A DNA stretch of 64,000 nucleotides, taken from positions 36,706,001 to 36,770,000 of the forward strand of contig CM052817.1 in NCBI GenBank assembly GCA_028534125.1, written 5' to 3'. A program made the position numbers and the translations under genes. The notes beneath the pieces were generated by a model. That model did no database searches. It saw only the letters and a program-made list of their open reading frames with translations, and had not been told where the DNA came from. The DNA comes from Lama glama (taxonomy: Eukaryota). Shown piece after piece: positions 58,473-64,000 of the stretch (position 1 is its first letter; every line of letters begins with the position of its first letter).

Positions 58473-60584
58473 ACCTTAGAGGATCCCTTCCAACTCTAAA
58501 ATTCTAAAGCACTAAGACAAGATACGCGGGACTCAGAGCAGTAAAATATCCATCTAGTTAGAGAGTCAGATACCAACAAATTAAAAATAGAACTTCAAAA
58601 TATTATGAAGACAAAGAAAGAAATTATTTGCGGGTTTTTAGCCATTTTGGATTGTTAATGCTGCCCTGTAGTCTGTAAACACACTAGAGGCCAGTGACTG
58701 TGGGTGCATACAACATAACTTCCCTGTACTGCTGGTGAAACTTTCAGCCTCAATTCCTGGTAGAAGTTAACATTTAACATGACCTTAATTGAGTCTTCCA
58801 GTTTGTTTCATGGTTAGATAAAAGAGATGATCTAAACCAGCTTCACTAATCTCAATTTTCAATTTTAATCTGATGGAGCAGGGTAACTAACTAGAAAGCC
58901 AGACACTATGGAAAAAGAGAGAGAACATTTCCTTTCCCTTTCAAGTAGCTTAACAGACTCACATATCAACAACACAGACAGCTGAGAAAAACAGGTTTTC
59001 CCTCTAAAGCTCGTTTTAAAAATTCAACCTTGCAGCTCATTAGGTAGTAAAAACCAATCAGTAGATGACACTTCAGTGGGTGTAGAGGTGAAATGATAGC
59101 TTTAGTGATTTACTTGTAGGCAAATAATAGATGAGCTTAAAGAGCTGTGCAACCAGGACTGAAATCGGGGCTTCAGTGTCTGCATCTGGGTAGCTCGGTC
59201 ACTCGTCTGTCATAATTCCTATGGCCTATCACCATTCAGGGAGAATTTACATTAATTCACTTAGATGTAATATTCTTGAGGAAAATCATTAAAAGTTGTT
59301 TTCTGTTATTGTACATTAAAGAAAAGATTTATAAACCTTAAGTCGAGTTTAAGATATTTTTCCAAACTGAAATTATAGCTACTTTTAACTACAGTATTCT
59401 ATTTTGGGGGAATCTTCCAAATATTTCCCTCTAATTTGTACCGAATTCTTTTGTTGATATGATTCAGTTCCATAGAAAAGGCATCGCTTATTATAGATCT
59501 AGGAATATACTGGTAAAATATAGTTGATCTTCATTTAAAAGTTCCAAGTTTTATTTTCTCATTTATCAAGAATGTCTTGTCTTCTCACACAGCTTCTGTG
59601 TGCATAAGTGCAGCATAAATGGGTTTTGATTTTTGACTTTCTCTTCTTTTCAAAAATATGGGCAACAGAATATGAGTGTTTAATTCTTTCTTGTCCCCAT
59701 TCCCTTACTCTGTCCAGGGTTTCCATTCATATGCTTGTAGTCATATTTGGTATCAGGGTATATATATTCACTACTCAGCAATAGAAATGACTTTTTTCCT
59801 CAACAGGGACTGTAGAATTAATGGCTCTGGCTAAATGATCTTTGTTTGAATCTTGCTTTTTAATGTTTACCTCAGTTACATTTCCATTAACTCTGGCAAA
59901 GATGCAGGGCACCTTTCCCAAGGACACTTAAGTAGAGGTAAACAAAGTTGGCTGGAGGTAATGAGGAGAAGTGATATCACAGTGAGTCACAGGTCTGGTT
60001 CTCCAGCTGACACGCACGATGTAAATTCCCAGAACGGGCCCATTTTTTTTCAGTATTTAAGAGAATAGAGAAATGTTATAAGACTCCCAGGAAATCTCTT
60101 TGCAAACTGTTTTGTTTGTGGCCAGGGGCATTCAAGAAACAGGCAAGACCAGAAGGCAGCAGGCAGCTATAAATAGTAGAGCCTGTGTGTTTGAAGACAG
60201 TGTGTTCTGTAAAGCACTTACAAAGCTCTGTGTCTAGTTTAAATCAAGTTTGCAAGTGCAGATGAGAGAAGAAAACATATCCAAAAGAGCACAGCACACC
60301 ATGCTGGTGTTTAGTGTCCTGATCTGCTTTGTTTTTGTTCTAGTCATAGGACGGAAAATTTCCATTTTGCCTGGATTGGCTGCATCGCCAGGCAGCTCCA
60401 CCAACTCCATTATTCATTCAGTTGTCTGCTGTGCCGGAAACTGAAGCAGGAGGACCTGCAGGGAAGAAGCATATTCCTGCCCATAGTCCAGCAAAAGAGA
60501 AAGACGAGAGACCTGAGAATTACAAATTACAGTCCATGTGATGAGTGCTTCATGGAGTGTGATGTGGGAAGAAACGTGAGGACT

Positions 60585-60706
60585 TAGGGTAACTGACTCA
60601 TGCTGGTTTGCCTAGTAGCTTTCTGGTTTTAGCCCTGAAAGCCCAGTCCTGCTTTTGACTGGGAAATCCCTCAGTCCCAGCCAGACCCAGACCGCTGCTC
60701 ACCTTA
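60585..60706. mobile_element. MER81 hAT-Blackjack MITE
   Basis: TAGGGTAAC...GGTTTGCC...GGTTTTAGCCCTGAAAG...GGGAAATCCCTCAGTCCC...CTCACCTTA. Confidence 0.75.
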
Positions 60707-60822
60707 GTGAGGTGCCTAGTTGGGATTGGGGGTAGTAATGTAGGATAGAATGTAATAAAATTTTCCAGAGGAGAGAAAATGTTTAAGCAGTGTCTAGAAA
60801 GACTGAGGTAGAAAAACGTAGG

Positions 60823-61308
60823 TGTTATAGGCTGACCCAGGGTCCCAGCGTTATCAGATCCTAATCATTAGAAACCGTGAATGTGACCTTACATGCAAAG
60901 GGAATTTTGCAGATGGGATTACATTAAGGGTCTTGAGCTGGAGAGAGTATCCTGAATGATCCAGGTGGTTCCTAAATGTCATCCTAAATGTCCTTATGAA
61001 AGGAAGGAACAGGGAGATTTGACAGCAGAAGAGGAGATGTGACAATGGAAGCAAGAGGTAGAAATAATGTGCCAAGAAGGGGCCACCAGCCAAAGAATGT
61101 TGGTGGTCTCCAGAAGCTGGAAATGGAAAGGAAATGGATTCTTCCCTGGAGCTTCTGGAAGGAACCAGCCCTGCTGACACCTTGATTTTAGCCCAGTGAA
61201 ACTGATTTCAGTTTTTGATCTCCAGATCCTAAGAGAAAAAAATTTGGGTTGGGTTAAGCCACTGAACTTGTGATAATTTGTTACAGCAGCAATAGGAAAC
61301 ATAACACA
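60823..61308 (+). mobile_element. MaLR solo LTR (MLT1C/D-like)
   Basis: GTGAATGTGACCTTACATG...TTTGCAGATGGGATTA...GAAGGAACCAGCCCTGCTGACACCTTGATTTTAGCCCAGTGAAACT...TTGTTACAGCAGCAATAGGAAAC. Confidence 0.85.
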
Positions 61309-62887
61309 GTGCAGAACCCAGAGAAGGGCATTCTAGGCAAGGGAATAGCATGACAAAGCCTATTTGTTAGAGAGCAAATGCTTTTCGGGATATTGTAAGG
61401 CACTGATTTAGCAGTTCGGCTGCAAAGCATGCATGGAGCACAGTGGGAGAGGAAGCTCCAGGGGTGGCAGGGGCTGGATCCCGGAAGATTACATTAACTC
61501 ACATTAAGAAGTTTTTCTTCCATCTTGAAGACAATGAAAATACATTCAATGATTTGAAGCAGGGCCATAATGAGATCATACTTGCATTTTAGAAAAGTCT
61601 TTTTGGTGGCAGGATGGAAAGTGGATTATTGAGAGGAGGAAGAAGATCCAAAGAAGCAGGAAAATCCTTTTGGAATGATTCTATTGTCCAGACAAGGAAA
61701 GGCAAGAGCCTTGATCACCACTGGGCATGGAAAGCGGGGGCAGTTTCTAGGTATTCTTGGCAAGTGGATTCCACTGGCCTTGGTACCCACCTAGTAAGGC
61801 AAAGGAAAGGTTGAAATTTTCGTTTGGGTTCCATGGAAGATGGAGCTGTCATAGGTGAGATGGGGAGTCCAGGAAGACTAGTGTGTATATAGGCTGTGGG
61901 CGGGACTGATGGGTTAGCTTCTATGCATGTTGAATTTGAGGAGCCCTTGATATACACAAGTAAAATTTTAAGAGGACTGTTCAGTCAAGAATTTCAATAA
62001 AAGCTTTGAAAAAGAAAGGTTCTCTTTGGGACATGGGGGCAGTGAGGGAAGTAGCAAAGGACCAAAGGCAAAGTCTGTGGTAATACAGATTTGCCTTCAC
62101 GCATGGCCTTTCCTTTCTCACTATGCCCAGTTCATTACCTGAACATCACCATCTAGTGTTTTACTGGTTGTGGTTCAGGTAAAAGTCTGAGTTGACCTCC
62201 TTCATTTAGTCTCTGCATCTCTTACCTGCTGCTCTCGTTTGTCCTCATGTCACTCCTTAAGCTCTGACCATGCTGCACACCTGCTCAGAATTCTTCCGTA
62301 GCTTCTCCAGTCAGGCTCCCACCTGCCTTTCAGCCTGATTACCACTACTCCCACTCAATATCAACAGGTAAAAATTATTAAAATAAATTATTATTTAAAA
62401 AGCTTATGAAATGTAGATGAAGCTAACCAAATGAACATGAAGAAAATAGTATGACTTAAAAGTGGATGTTTGATCTTTAAGAAAATATTGCAGTCTTCAA
62501 CAATAAAATCTCTTAGCTGTACTGACATGGAGTTACGTGTTTAAGGCTCTTTCTGACCTTGCACTAGTCGGGAAGTGGTGAGGTTCTAGTTATATGCTAA
62601 CTCCAAACAGAAGTTGTCCATTAACTCCATTTCTTGTTTAATAAACTTTAAAGACAACCTTGTGAACAACTTTTGTTATGAGGGTGTATGCCAGTGTGTG
62701 TGCGAAGATATTTCAACTGGTAACCAATTCTAGTTTTTGTTTCAAAGAAAGTATTCTGGTTTGTCTTTATCTTCTTTAGTTCATTATATATAGGTGGAAA
62801 TACTTTTTTTTCTGAGAATAATTTAAGAAGTTTATTGGGGAGAAACCAAAGATTAAAAAATGATCTTAACTTTGAGGGATGATCAGA

Positions 62888-63374
62888 TTCTTTATATTCT
62901 TTCTTTTTTAAAAAATTGAAGTATAGTCAGTTTACAATGTTATGTCAGTTCCTGGTGTACAGCATAATATTTCAGTCATACATATACATACATATATTCC
63001 TTTTCGTATTCTTTTTCATTATAGGTTACTACAAGATGTCGAATACAGTTCTCTGTGCTATACAGCATAAACTTGTTGTTTATCTATTTTATATATATTA
63101 TTTAGTATCTGCAAATCTCAGACTCCCAATTTATCCCTTCCCATCTTCTTCCAACCCTGGTAACTATAAGTTTGTTTTCTGTCTGTGAGTCTGTAAATAA
63201 GTTCATTTGTGTCTCTTTTTAAGATTCCACATATAAGGGATATCATATGGTATTTTTCTTTCTCTTTCTGGCTTACTTCACTTAGAAAGACGATCTCCAG
63301 TCCCACCCATGTTGCAGCAAATGGCATTATTTTATTGTTTTTTATGGCTAAGTAGTATTCCATTATATATATAT
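62888..63374 (-). mobile_element. 5'-truncated artiodactyl/camelid L1 3' end; probable 3' transduction extends it to about 62804 (see findings)
   Basis: AATTGAAGTATAGTCAGTTTACAATGTT...; ORF2 C-terminal peptide MEYYLAIKNNKIMPFAATWVGLEIVFLSEVSQKEK. Confidence 0.9.
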
Positions 63375-64000
63375 TAGGTGGAAATTCTGATTCATAATTA
63401 CTTCTATAAATTTAAATACTACCATATTTACCTTCCAGTTCTTGGACTACAGTGAAAACCATCCTACCATAGAAGATTTGCTTTTTCCATTGTCATTGTT
63501 TTGTCTTCTTGTGAATTATAGGGAAATGGAGATGCTTTCAAAAAATGAGTGCTTAGTTCAATGCAAAATTTTAGACATTTGAGTACTTCTCAAGCCATGA
63601 AAGATTAAAATTTCAGTTTAAAAAATCTAAGCTACAGTATTATACCACAAAAATACTACTATTTCAATACTTAAAAAACATCATGGTATACTTAAAACAG
63701 GTATTTTAGTCAATCTTATTCTAATTTTTGACTGTTGGAAGTACACTTCTATTTAAAAGTTCTATTTTATTTTCACTTTTTTTCCACAGGAATCAGTCTT
63801 TGCCTCCTCTGTTTTTTTAAAAGTACCTCGTGTAATAGATATTTTTCACATTTATCTTATTTCTTCTTTTAGGGAGATAAACTTAAAGGTAGACCCATGC
63901 CATAGTCAACTTTGCATCCCTTAGTCTGCCTGGTATAGTAGCTACACAAACCTCTACTTGATAAATATTTGTTGAACTCAACTATCTACTGTTATTCTTC

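Larger units (their letters stand above)
60520..61960 (-). mobile_element. L2 LINE fragment interrupted by MER81 and MLT1D
   Basis: GGGCATTCTAGGCAAGGGAATAGCATGACAAAG; TGCATTTTAGAAAAG; TGCATGTTGAATTTGAGGAGCC. Confidence 0.7.

Noticed and set aside
13100..64000. MEPE or another SIBLING/SCPP gene or pseudogene upstream of SPP1
   Set aside because: No long acidic or Ser-rich terminal exon ORF and no signal-peptide exon was recognised. Very small or decayed exons cannot be excluded by eye.

Overview
This is AT-rich mammalian genomic DNA containing one complete protein-coding gene, SPP1 (osteopontin), on the minus strand at about 5.86-12.78 kb. It has a non-coding exon 1 and six coding exons, all introns are GT-AG, all coding introns are phase 0, and the assembled precursor is 305 aa with an RGD motif. 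About 5.8 kb of 3' flank and 51 kb of 5' flank consist mostly of interspersed repeats (L1, L2, MIR, MaLR/ERVL LTRs, degraded ERVL pol, hAT MITEs) with no other supportable gene. Four tRNA-Ala-derived vic-1-like SINEs, and retention of the exon-7 segment that ruminants have lost, suggest a camelid genome (inference). I found no evidence of a new multi-gene system. The most interesting signals are: a divergent integrin/thrombin motif ([11 protein letters not shown] instead of RGD-SVVYGLR-S) plus other substitutions at conserved sites; a sharp orphan CpG island about 2 kb upstream; an inverted repeat carrying two AP-1 sites about 7.3 kb upstream; a GRE/AP-1/NFAT/STAT5 cluster in intron 3; a probable L1 3' transduction; a rare palindromic (GATC)n microsatellite; a miR-1302-like MER53 hairpin; and LTR-borne CTCF motifs on both sides of the gene. 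Repeat family names and orthologue comparisons come from remembered sequences, not database searches, and repeat boundaries without a TSD are approximate.
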